NCBI GenBank assembly: GCA_028534125.1
Contig: CM052816.1
Span: forward strand, 65,040,001 to 65,104,000
Length of the DNA: 64,000 nt
Direction of reading: 5' to 3'
Source: Lama glama
Lineage: Eukaryota
Shown here: positions 47,928-60,333 of the stretch, piece after piece
Layout of the letters: every line of letters begins with the position of its first letter
Numbering within the stretch: the first letter of the stretch is position 1
Translations under genes and position numbers: made by a program
The notes under the pieces: generated by a model
Seen by the model: the letters and a program-made list of their open reading frames with translations, nothing else
Database searches by the model: none
Told to the model about the DNA's origin: nothing

Positions 47928-48790
47928 TTTTAACTGAAGTATAATCAGTTTACAGTATTATGTCAAATGTTTCAGTTATACATTTACATAAAAATTTGTT
48001 TTCATAATAGGTTACTTAGGTTACTACAGATATTGAATACAGCTCTCCGTGCTATACAGAAGAAACTTGTTGTTTAGCTTTATTATATATAGCAGTTAGT
48101 ATCTGCAAATCTCAAACTCTCAGTTTATCCTTTCCCACCTCTTTTCCCCCTGGTAACCATAAGTTTGTTTTCTATGTCTGTGAGTCTGTTTCTGTTTTGT
48201 AAATAAGTTCATTTGTGTCATTTTTTTTTGATTCCACATATAAGTGGTATAACATGGTATTTTTCTTTCTCTTTCTGGCTTACTTCACTTAGAATGATGA
48301 TCTTCAGGTCCATACATGTTCCTACAAATGGCATTATTTCATTCTTTTTTATGGATGAGTAGTATTCCATTGTATAAATATACCACATCTTCTTTATCCA
48401 ATCATCTGTTGATAGACATTTAGGTTGCTTCTATGACTTGGCTATTGTAAATAGTGCTGCTATGAACACTGGCGTGCATGTACTTTTTGAATTAGCGTTC
48501 CCTCTGGGTCTATCCCCAGGAGTGGGATTGCTGGATCATATGGTAACTCTATTTTTAGTTTTTTGAGGAATCTCCATACTGTCTTCTATAACAACTGCAC
48601 CAAACTACATTCCCACCAACAGTGTAGGAAAATTTCCTTTTCTCTACACCCTCTCCATTTATGATTTGTGGACTTTTGAATGATGGCCATTCTGACTGGT
48701 GTGAGGTGATAACTCACTGTAGTTTTGATTTGCGTTTCTCTGATATTAGTGATACTGAGAATTTTTTCATGTGCCTATTGGCCATTGGTA
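47928..48790 (-). mobile_element. Camelid-type L1 3' end (~860 bp)
   Basis: actgaagtataatcagtttacagt...gtctgtgagtctgtttctgttttgtaaataagttc...cccaggagtgggattgctggatcatatgg. Short flanking repeat acaccat at 47922-28 and 48790-96. Confidence 0.92.
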
Positions 48791-49949
48791 CACCATGATG
48801 AATTTTATAACAGGAGCACTTTGGCCAGGCAGCTTTCCAGATGCTGCTAACCTCTGCTTTCACTGTCTGTACAGGGCTCGTGTTAACTGTCTCTTACTCT
48901 CCAGTAGGAGACAATGACTCTAGAGATATTGCTAATTGTCATCATTTGTTCTTTGTGGATTTATCATCTGTTCCTTGTGACATCACTTCTCCCACACATG
49001 AAAACAGCCAGGCCCGCAGTTGGAGCAATAGATTAGAGTTTACGTGGGGCACGTGGTCACTGTTGCCTCAGGTGATGATGAGCAAGGGAAAGAGGAGCAG
49101 AAAGAAGGAGCCAAATAGTTATTTTAAGGTGCCTTGGTTTCTAATAAGACACTAGATTTTAAGGGAGCATCCCTGGCGATTACCCTGAAACATCAGCGTA
49201 GAGTCCTGAGTGGGACTTTCCCCGTGGGATGGTTGGTCCTAAACCTCATTAACAGAGGCTTTGTTGCTTCACGCGAGGTGTGAGGCATAAGGCAGGGGGG
49301 TGTCGGCACAGGCACTTGTGTGACCAAACCCACCTCAGCAACCGGCACTAATTGGCTCCCCTGGGAAGTCCCAGGAGAAGTTGTCAATCTCAAAGACGGA
49401 GTTTTTGTTTACAATCTGTAGTGATTTCTCCTCTATTGCTTTTCCTCCTTCCCCATCCAGACTGCTAGTTTTTGTACACATAACAAGTGGTCATCCCAGA
49501 GTGCAAGAAATAAGAGAGTCGAGGCACATCTTACTAGATTCCAACTGTTTTTTGTTCCACGTTCCACTCTCCCCAGGGGTATCTTTCAACATGAGATGTG
49601 AGACGCTCCTTTCCCCCTCCCCTCCCCTTCACCACTGTTAGTGTGAACTGATGCCCGTCACGTGGGGGTGGGAGGGATTCTCATCAAGGTTTAGCTGACA
49701 AACTAGAAAGTATTGTTGAAAAATAAGTGTACCATGTCAGTGTATTTTAGAAGGTGATTCCTGATTTCTATAATGTGACTTTAATTCTACTCTGCTGAAA
49801 ACTGGAGATGATCTTAGTCTTTTTGCATATTTTTGTTAAATCATTATATTTTAAGATTAAGGATAGGGAAACCCTCCTCTGTAGGCAGGATATTGGATGT
49901 GAAATAAAGAGGCTTTCTGTGATCCAGGGACTCTTCTGTTAAGAAGACA

Positions 49950-50130
49950 ATAATCATTGTAGCTACCATTTAATAAGCACTGATCTGTGAGGAACTACTG
50001 TGATCCCACCTTTACAGGAAGAGATTGAGGGTCAGAGGTTAAGGTCCTAAAGCATGTGTTGGTGTCAGTATTTGAACTTGGGTTTCCCTGACCCCAGAAG
50101 CACATGCTCTTGACCACTATGCTGTGCTGC
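49950..50130 (-). mobile_element. MIR
   Basis: gctaccatttaataagcac...cccacctttacaggaagagattgagggtcagaggttaagg...atttgaacttggg...catgctcttgaccactatgct. Confidence 0.7.
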
Positions 50131-52049
50131 TATTTTGCTGTATTTTTGTCCAGTCTTTTAGTCCCACTTCTAAATCATTTAAATTGGTTATCAGACCCTG
50201 TGTTCTTTCCAGTGTTTGAGGGACATGATTAACTCAGGTGTAGTTGGCTGTCTGCTCTACAATTGTGTTATATCATGTAGTGTGTTTAGGGCCACAGTGC
50301 ACTGAATATTATTGCTAAACCCAGGTGACAATAAGCTTTGTGGGTAGAGACAGACCTTAGCACATTCATCTTCCCCATCTCTGTCTTACACTGAGATGGG
50401 AAATTGGTCTCTGTGCCTGAAACACAGACTGCGCTTGAGTTCTGTCAATCACATAGTTATAGGACATAATTAATGCCGAAAACACAAGGGAACTTCAGTT
50501 CTTCTGGTGAATGTGACGTAAGGTATAAGGTTGTGGGAGAACTCAGAAGAGTAACAAATTGCAGAAACATTGTTTTTATCTATTTCATGCAGGCTTGGAG
50601 CCCAGGAAATTGTCAGTCTCCTTTTTTCTTATTACGTACTTAATTTAAGAGGCTTTTCTTCTGAGTAGTACTTATTTTGGACTACATTATAAACTTGATC
50701 AATGTAAATTGATTTTTTTAAAAAATCATTAAACTCTTTAAACCTTAGACAGTCTCCTTAGGTTGTAAGTGCTAAACTCAGCCTACCACTTTGTTTTATG
50801 ATCAAAACTAATCTAGATACCATCAGTGCTAATTAATTTGGATGAGCCCAAAACATACCTATTCTTATTTTAAATGGAGGGATTTCCATTTGGCCATTGT
50901 TTATGTGTTGTTTTAATTTAAAGCTAAATTGAATAGAAAGGTAGTTAATTTAGTTACGTATTGAAACACCTCTAAAGCCTTCTCAGAATCATTTCCGTTT
51001 AGCAGTGGATTATAGAAAGAGACGTAGGGGAGGATGTATGGGAGAAATGGAATTGGTTCAAACCTTCATGGTTTCTCATTTGGAGTAGAAAAATTGGTTC
51101 TGAAAACTCTAAGTTTGGAACATTAAGTGGAACAACTCCTCTCTAACGTAGCTTGGTCTATGATTACCCTCAACATTCAGGTGATTTCTATTTGATCAGG
51201 AAATGGGATATGAAAATACACATATAATCCAAATCATATTTTAGCCATGACTTTTACCTTCTTCTATTGTATCTTATGTTCAAAAAACGAAATCTCTCAG
51301 AAGAAATTCAATATAATAATTTGTTTCCAGTCTTCTTTCATTTTCATGTTTCCCCATAGGGTAGGCAGAGACATCAGTAAACATTAAAGTGATCAAAAAG
51401 TGAGGGAAAAAAGTAGAATGTGCAGAAGAGTATCTGGATAGCACCCAGACAGGACGGCCTGCCTCTGACTCACAGGCTGTCTCGACAGATTGATAATGAC
51501 TTTGAAATTGTATCAAGTCCATCTCTTTCCCTTTAGGTGGGACTGTTCTTATACCTCGCCCAGTAAATGGTAATCTATCCTACTTTTTAATGAAACTTCT
51601 AGTGTAGAGGACACCAGCTCCCTCAGGAGCTCATTGTGCAGTGAAATGGTTTTCAGAGAAGGATTCTGTTATTGTCAATTTCTGTTGTTTATCCATCCAC
51701 TGGGATGATCAGCTTTATAGAAACATACTTGCATCCACGTACCATCAATGTCTGTGCTACTGGAACAGATTGACAGAGAACATGGCTGCCCTAGAGAGCA
51801 ACTACTCCAACCCCTTCATGGTGACTAGTTAAGTCTTCTCTCCTCTAGATTGAGAATACAAGCTTTTTTATTTTAAATTCACATTGTGTTGTTGACCTAC
51901 GTTCACGGAGACCTTCTCATTTTTTGCCAATTCTATGCATTGCTAGAAATTCCTGACTCTGTGCTAAAATCGTGCTGGTTCTGTCAATCAATATCCAAAA
52001 TACATAATTTTTTTAAAATGTGACATTGGTGTGTATGTTCTATAAGACA

Positions 52050-52170
52050 TAGGATTAGCACTGGAATGACAGCGTCCTGGGCTTCAGCTCTGTTTCTACC
52101 ACAGCTTCCAGTCTGACTTTTGGTGTGTAATTTACTAAATGTCTCCGAGACTCAGTTTATCACCATTAAA
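52050..52170 (+). mobile_element. MIR fragment
   Basis: agcactggaatgacagcgtcctgggcttcagctctgtttctaccac...ctccgagactcagttt. Confidence 0.55.
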
Positions 52171-52450
52171 TGTGTGCCTGTATCAGGGCAGCTCTTCCCT
52201 GTGGGTTTTCCATGACATGTTAACAGGTGTAAGATGAAAAATGGTGCCATTGTTTAAAATAGGTGGTGGTGATGGTAGTGGGGGCAGGGTGTGCACAAGA
52301 ATAAATGAATCTAATAGATTTCTTTACTGAAAGACTTGAGCCTTAAAAAAAATGTATATGGTAAATCAAATCTTCAAGTGAAGCTTCCTAAAGTTATCCA
52401 ACTATGATTTCTTTTTTCCTTTTAATACTGCCTTAATACCACCTACTCTT

Positions 52451-52731
52451 TTTTTTTAAATTGGTATAGTCAGTTACAATATGTCTCTCTATATATATAT
52501 ATGTAATATATTTGTTTTCATACTCTTTTTCATTAAAGATTATTACAAGATATTGAAGATAGTTCTCTGTGCTATATGGAAGAAATTTGTCTTTTATATA
52601 TTTTTATACATAGTGATTAACTTTGCAAGTCTCAAACTCCCAAATTTATTCCTTCCCACGCCCTTTCCCCCCGTAACCATAAAATCGTTTACTATGTCTG
52701 CGAGTCTGTTTCTGTTTTGTAGATGAATTCA
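52451..52731 (-). mobile_element. 5'-truncated camelid-type L1 (~280 bp)
   Basis: Poly-T, then ggtatagtcagttacaat...ctatgtctgcgagtctgtttctgttttgtagatgaattca. TSD ttaataccacctactctt (52433-50) / ttagtaccacccactctt (52732-49). Confidence 0.9.
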
Positions 52732-53659
52732 TTAGTACCACCCACTCTTGACCTGGCTCATCTACAAAGCAGAAGTAGCCAGTCTTTCCTTAGTGCTCAT
52801 TCTAGAAATGTAGTAACACTGGCAGGAGAGCCCTCAGGGCAGTATAGATAAAATATAGATAATAGTTAATGTATTCCATGGCTTTCCTTTTGCCTTGTGA
52901 CCTCTCCCAGGGCAGGGCCCTTTTTATTTTTCATCTTGTGTAAAGAGGATCTAGTCCAGTGCTGACACCTGAAAGATAATTAATAAATGTGTTGAATTGA
53001 GTCAAACTGTTCATAAAAGGAAGACATTGCCTTGAAAATTTTTGAGCTGTGTGTTATTATAAAGTGGATTTTTAAAATGGATGAAATTTGTAGTCAAGAT
53101 GATATCTAAGATCAGGAATTTATGAGTTTTTTATGGCTATAGAGATAACATCAGAATGAAATTACTCATAGAGAACTACAGGGAGATTAGAGAAGGGCAG
53201 AGTACAGCTTTGCAGGCAGTTTTTACTGGCTTCTTACCTTAATCTGAATAAACTTTTCATTCACCCTGAGTCCAGATTCTAAGAATGTGGAATTGTTAAT
53301 TGGGGGCATTTGTCCAGGTTTCCAGTACATAAGGAAAGGACAAGACCTCATGAAAAGTGTTTCATCTTTCATCTTGTGCAATGCTCCTGTGTAGGTATGA
53401 ATTCAATTCAGTAAATTTATGAGTTTATTTTTCAACTTTGCTAGTCCATTGATCTGTTGGGTTTCTTAGAAGATTTTGGAGAGCATGAAATATACATAGG
53501 CATTTATCCTCCTTTAATATCTAGAGTTTTGTGATTACAGGGAGAACCTAATAAATATTTGTTGAAAAAAATAAATAGATGAATGTGGTGGTTCTGACAC
53601 TTTTCCAATTTAGCATCTGAACTTAGAGATACTAAATTTTGATGAGCTTATGTTTAACA

Positions 53660-54440
53660 GAAGTTAAACTTTTGAAAGTAGAGAAAAACAGGAAAAAAAT
53701 TACCTATCATTTTACTACCAAAGAATAACCACTGTAAAGACTGCAGATTATTTCCTTCTAGACATATTTTGTGCAAAGAAAATCTTGATATATAGTTGTA
53801 ATCATATTCTGTATATAATTTTGTGTCCTGATTTTTTCACTTGAAATTATATAAAGTGTTTATAATTGTTCTATGTATTTTATATTTTGTATATAAGAAA
53901 TATTTCACAATAAAATGTAAAGGACTATGTATATCCCAGGTGACATCATTTTCACAAACAGAATTTTTCAATTATTCCTGCATGATTTTCTTAAGTAATT
54001 ATTCTTTTGTTGTCATATTTCTTATTCATAAAAGAAACCTCATCATATTAGGCTTTTTTCATTTTACCTTTATTTACTTTGCTATATAAAAGGGCTGAAG
54101 TAAATATTTTTGGACATGAATTTTTTTCCTGTTTTTCCTTTGGATATTTTCAAAACATAATGTCCCTGTTAGCAAACTACTTTTCAGAAGTTTTTACTAT
54201 TTCTAACAACGTACGAACAGTCTAAATTCATTGCAAATTCACCAGCAAGGGATATTTTTCACTTTAAAGAATATGGACTAGTTTTATTTGAAAAATGGTC
54301 TCTTATTTTGTTTCATTTTGTGATCTTATTAGTGAAATCAAACTTTTTCATATACATATACTTATAAACCCATTTTTGTTTTTTTATGAATTGCCCATTC
54401 ATGTCTTTTCATTTATTTTCCTTATTGAATTGTCTGAATG
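53660..54440 (-). mobile_element. Ancient L1ME-like fossil
   Basis: aaattacctatcattttactaccaaagaataaccactg; aaatggtctcttattttgtttcatt; tgaattgcccattcatgtctttt. Confidence 0.65.
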
Positions 54441-56639
54441 CTTCACTCCATAAAGTGTGCTGTTTCCTACAGGTGTGGTCACACACCATTGCTTTCGTTG
54501 ATGCCAAGGCGAGGGTATGAAGCAGAGCGATGCCGCCATCAGCGTGGGCAGCCGGAGCAGGCTGTTCGGGGAACTGTTTTGTAACACAGCAGTGGGGAGG
54601 GAGCGAGTTTCTAAACGGTCCCCTCTTTCCGTTAGTTCAGCGTTGCAAAATCAAGGCCTGATGAGTGAAGTGTGTGGGACCAGCTTCATTTTCCCCCTCG
54701 TCTCAGCTGTTATTAGACAGGTCCAGAAATTGCTGGTGAACTGGGGGCTGCAGGCACATTCTGCTTATGCTGCTCTTGGAGAGCTGAAGTGTTGCAGCTA
54801 CTCAATATGGTTCGCTCTTCACTTGAGCAAATTGCCAACAGCTTGTGTAACTCCTTAAGAATAATGAGAATCAACCTCATTTTAGGAAAGGGGACAGATT
54901 GTGTCTGTATTTGGCAACCCACATCCCTCTGCAACTGGGATTGCTTAAGACACTCCATGGAGGTGAGGGGCCATATTGACGGAGACACGTCCATTTTGCC
55001 TGAGGAGCTTCTGCACCTTGTCAGCATCTGCTGGCAGTGATGCGTTCTCGAACACAGCTTCACTCTCCAAACCACTGGAAGTGGCGGAAGTTAATGTAAG
55101 TTCCCTCTCATCTATTTCAGTCCCTTGTCATTTTATCTGAGAGCTAAATGCTAAATGCTTTCAGACACACTGGAAGCAAAGGACTTGGTTTAAAACAAGC
55201 CGGAAACTTTAAAAACTGTATCAACACATGCAGGCCATATTCTTTAAATACTAATTTTTTGGTTTTGCATAAAAACTCAGAAATAGTTCAGGAATTGCTA
55301 GTGCCACAAAAATTGTCCTATAGCAAAGAACACAAAACCTCCTTAAAAATAAAGGCTGTGTGTGGAACTGCTAAGAATAGATGGACGTGATTTGAGGATA
55401 GTCTTTCCTGAGCATTATTTTTGTCATTTTTTTTCTGTTTAAGATTATAGAATGCCTCCTAGCTGCACGTAGGATTAAATCCACAATCTCCTTGGCCATC
55501 TTTTCCGTGTGAATTTTAGACTCTATAGTATTCTAAGTAATTTAAAATTCAATTTTCCTGTTTCCACCCCAATGTGTGTCTTCCTCAAGAGGAACATTCA
55601 CTCCTTCCTCCGTTGGGGTGGGCACTACTTCCTCTGACACCTGCCCCTCAACTCCGTCCCGTCCTGTCCCATCCACACTGTCAGCTCACATACTCAAAAT
55701 GTGTTGCTTTCTCAACCCTCTTGGTTGTATGTGTGTGTTGTTATTTCCTTGAGGGGAGAACCAATTCTGCTTCTTTTGTGCTTTCCACAGTGTTGATCAG
55801 GAAGTTTTTCGTGTAATATGTATCCAATAAATGTAGTTGTCTGACTAGCTTTTATTCTAAAACATTTATTCAAATTGTGAGTACATTTTTTTGTGGCTGG
55901 GGACACATATGTTTAGGGTTACTGATTTCATATTATAAATAAAACTACAATTGAAGTATTTATGAAATAAAATAGATTCTGAATTTTTTTTTGTCTGTCC
56001 CTTAGGCTTTAAAGAGATGGTTTTTAAAAACTTAAAAAAAAGAAAAGATGTCTTCAAATCTCTGATGAAGTTACATTAAATATATTTAAGTTATAAAAGT
56101 GTTGGGCCAGCTGATGGTGAGGTTTGAAATAGTATCCTTGGGGTGTGATGATTATGTGATTTTGGAACTCTACACAGAGTCAATTCTGGCAACAATTTAG
56201 AATACAGAAGACTCCTTTGGCTACTTGGAGTGACCAAATCTGGTGGTGGTAACTTTCTGGAGATTCCTGATAAGTTAGGTTTGGTAAAGAAGTGTGGGAG
56301 AACTATTCTGACATTTATCCACTACAATTACATTCTAAGATTCCAAATGTAATACTGAATTCATGAGCTTTTTCTTTGATAATGGATGTGTCTAGACAGA
56401 TGATGAGCTTGTTAAGCATCAGGATTATAATTCAAAATGACACCATCAATTTGGAGCAATGTAAAAAGTTCTGCAGAAGCAATGCTTGAGGAATCGCTTG
56501 CTGAGGTTAGGCTGGAAAATACGTTGTCTAATGCAGGCTCCTTTTTGGACCAAAAAGTAAATCATGGCCAAAAGGAAAGAACTTGATGATAATGTTGATA
56601 AAGAGCAATTAATTGCAAATTTAAATTACATAATACTTA

Positions 56640-56790
56640 TAACAATCTCCTATATGATAATGATGTTCATTTGTAAATAATGAAATTGAGGTTCATAGAA
56701 AAGAACTGAGTTGCCCAAGTGATACAGCTAGTAACCAGCAGAGTTAGGATTTGAACCCACTTCTCATTGACTCCAAAGACCAATATTTTG
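56640..56790 (-). mobile_element. MIR
   Basis: gaaattgaggttcatagaa...gttgcccaagtgatacagctagtaaccagcagagttaggatttgaacccac. Confidence 0.8.
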
Positions 56791-57144
56791 AGATACTGGG
56801 ATGTTTTTTAGGAAATAGAAAATTAGTCATGAATAGTGACCATGATATAGAGAGATTCCTTGTGAATGCGGGGTTCATCCAATGAGCTACTATTGGTAAA
56901 GCTGAAATATATGTGCTCTTTCTAACCTTGGATGACGTGGTTGACATGGTCTGGTATGAAGGGATCATCACTAAACTTGCAGAAAGGAGAAAGGGTGAAT
57001 ATGACACTGCTCTAAGGAAACAAAATGTAAATTCAGGAAGCAGTCATCTTCTTTTAGGAAGCGTTGGGACTGTGCTATTACTCTTCAGTAGATTTTCTAT
57101 GAGTGAGACAATGCCTATTAATAAACACTCTCATTGCACTCTAA

Positions 57145-57345
57145 TAGCTGTACTAATTGAGCATTTACTATGTGCCTGGTACTGCATTAAGTGCTTGATG
57201 TCTAATTTCTCATTAATCTCTTCAGTGACACCATGATGTAGACACCATTAATATTTCCACTTCACAGATCAGGAGCCTGAGGCACAGAAGATTAAATGAC
57301 TTTTCTAAGACCTCACATGTCATTACTGGCTGAATCAGATTATGT
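57145..57345 (-). mobile_element. MIR
   Basis: attgagcatttactatgtgcctggtactg...tccacttcacagatcaggagcctgaggcacagaagattaaatgacttttctaagacctcac. Confidence 0.8.
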
Positions 57346-59640
57346 CTAAACATCATGATGACATAGTCTATGTAATTAATAACTACCTCCTGCTTCTTGC
57401 ACTTTAAGGAGTCTACTTAATTTTACACGTGATTTTGCATGGGGCTTACCTAGATGATTTTGAAGCCCCCATCAAGTTATTGTTGCAAGATTATATTAAA
57501 GAACACCATAGAAACCCTGTGTATTATTACTAATTATTATTATTTTTGGCTTAATTGGAAGAACACGTAAGTTCTGGCAGCAGAGATGCTCTGGGAATCA
57601 CTTCCTTCCTCTGTCAAATGGAGTCAATAAAATTTCACTTGCCTGAAGGCAAGAGCCAGACAAGATAATATCTTTGACTGAGTATCTATAGAGTTTCCAG
57701 TTGTGTTCTCTGGGGCACTGAGGATACTGACATATGTATGAATGAATATGATGCAAGCATCTTAATAATATAACAAAGGTATAATGGGAAGAAATATTTT
57801 CTTGCCTCCCTGTATAATATTGACATTTCTGGTGGAACCCTGGACTCTGTACTTATCAAGGGATCTTAGATCAAGAACAAGGGGATCATTTTTAGCCTCC
57901 CACATAGCAGTGCCCTCCTTTGAGAAATACCAGTCTTTACTTTGACAGTGGTATGCTAGTTTTTGCTTATCATCCCTGGCTAAAATATAATTTTAGAAGA
58001 GTGTAGAAAGAAGAGCTATATCTAAGATATATTATTCCAGGAATCAAGGTTGATGGATGGTTCTTTTCAGAAGCAGGAAGAATTCTGAAGGTGTAATATA
58101 CTGATAGCTTTGTCGAATTAGCAGTTTATCACACTGCATAGTTCTCTGAGTGGTTCATTATTGAGTCAGGTTCCTTTTCACTCTGTCTCATTATTACCGG
58201 TTAATCTGAGATATACAGTTTCTGAAATATTGACAAACCCATTTTGGACTATTATTTTGGAAACCATCAAGACATTCGGCTCCTTTTGATTGCGTACCCT
58301 TGACTTCAGTACCAATTCTAAGCATGTCAGATGTGTGGTATTATCAGAGCCTCTGTAAAGATAAGTAAGTAATATTAACTAAAATGGTGTGACTTTTCTC
58401 CTCACAACAATTCTTTTGCTAGAATGATAATAATAATGTTTTCAAAAAACTACCACCTGAGATTTTTCTTCCTTTCTCATAAAATAGCTCTTTATTGTAA
58501 AATGGAGATGACCTCTCAACTTTGAAGCACCTTCAATTTATCAAAAACTGCTAACCTAATGTCCCAAAGCAGGCTCAGTCCTTTTAAAGCATACTCATTT
58601 TAGGGCCAAGGGAAGTGGCTTGTTCGGTAGGAAAACATTTCTTGGTTTACCATTATTTTAAATGCTTGCAGGAGACACAGAGTAAGAGAGAAGAAACAGC
58701 GACAACCCCTCGCATGCCTGGGGGTGACTTGTTCTTGCGTATTTGTGGAACCCTGTTTCAAGAGAGAAAACATCTAAAAATAAAATGCATTTACTTAGAA
58801 TCTCTGGGGCAAGGTGCAAAAAGTCTGTACTGTAGGAGCCCAGATGAAAAATTAAATGGTTGAAGCCTGTGGAACAACTGCTCTCAGCAGAACCATGGGC
58901 AATTGCTGGTTAACTTTGTGCCATCTGATTAGTTTCAATACATTGGCTTTAGGCACCAACATCCTCTGGTTTTTCAGTTGCTGTCCATAACTCATGGTGA
59001 CCCGTTTGCTGGTGAGTTGTTTCCTGACAGTTCAGTGACTGTTGGCCTTTCAAAGCACGGACTTAATCCACCCATGTGTACAGTCACCAAAATTCCATCT
59101 GGTCTGTTCAATACTCTAGTCAAGTTTCATGTGGTGGGAGTCAAACTCTTACTCTAGTTTACATATATATATTTTAATAGCTTTTCCCCTAAAATGTGGC
59201 ATGGAGTGGAAAATAGAGTCCAAGAGTGGTCTAAGCATTACTTAAAATTTACTGATAGAGAAGACCCTCGAGGAGGAAGAGGGGCCAGCCACAGGGATTG
59301 GGTAAATTACTTTTCTTCCATTTGGTTCCTGCTCTCTTAGAAATGGCTCTGATTGTCCACTCCTTCCATAGGGGTAAAATCTTAAAGCTGAAAGATTGGA
59401 AGCTGTAGCATCCTGCGTTTCTCTGTGTTTCATTATCAGTCCATACCCCTGCCCTTACCACTACCATACTTTCAGTGGTCTTTCAACTGTCCCCAAAGCC
59501 TAATATGACCAGTTTACCATAGATTTCAAAGACTCTATTTTTTTTTAGTAGAGCTTCAGGTATTTTGAAACATCATTAGAAAGAATCTAACTAAATGAGC
59601 TGGAGTGAGTCTGTAGCTGATGTTTGACCAAAAAAAGTAT

Positions 59641-60333
59641 TTGTTTTTATTGAAGTATAGTTGATTTACAATGTTGCATTAATTTCTGGTGTACAGCAGA
59701 AATTATATATATTTATATATATTCATATCTATTTATATATATAATCATTTATATATATATTCCTTTTCATATTCTTTTTTATTATAGGACATTACAAGGT
59801 ATTGAATATAGTTCCCTATGCCATTCAATAGGACATTGTTGTTTATCTATTTTATATATAGTAACTAGTATCTGTAAATCCCAAACTCCCAGTTTATCCC
59901 TCCCTACTCCCCTTAAGCCCCCCTGGTAACCATAAGTTTTGTTTTCTACATCTGTGAGTCTGTTTCTGTTTTGTAAATAAGTTCATTGGTGTCCTTTTTT
60001 AAAAATAGATTTCACATGTAAGTGATATCATATGGTGTTTTTCTTTCTCTTTCTGGTTTACTTCACTTAGTATGACAATCTCCAGGTCTATTCATGTTGC
60101 TGCAAATAGCATTGTTTTGCTGCAGATGGCTGCAGTATTATATATATATAATCACCACAGCTTCTTTATTCAGTCATCTGTCAATGGACATTTAGGTTGC
60201 TTCCATGTCTTGGCTATTGTAAATAGTGCCGCTATGAACATTGGGGTGCATGTATCTTTTCAAACTAGAGTATCTTCCAAATATATGCCTAGGAATGGGA
60301 TTGCTGGATCATAGAGTAAGTCCATTTTCAGTT
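59641..60333 (-). mobile_element. L1 3' end (artiodactyl/camelid type) with an internal TA-rich expansion
   Basis: ttttattgaagtatagttgatttacaatgttg...ggacatttaggttgcttccatgtcttggctattgtaaatagtgc...gggattgctggatcata. Confidence 0.92.

Noticed and set aside
56929..56977. Minus-strand exon (FSDDPFIPDHVNHVIQ) or C-box snoRNA
   Set aside because: The pyrimidine tract is good, but the donor (gttaga) is weak, the length is not frame-preserving, the peptide is unrecognised, and no D box lies downstream.
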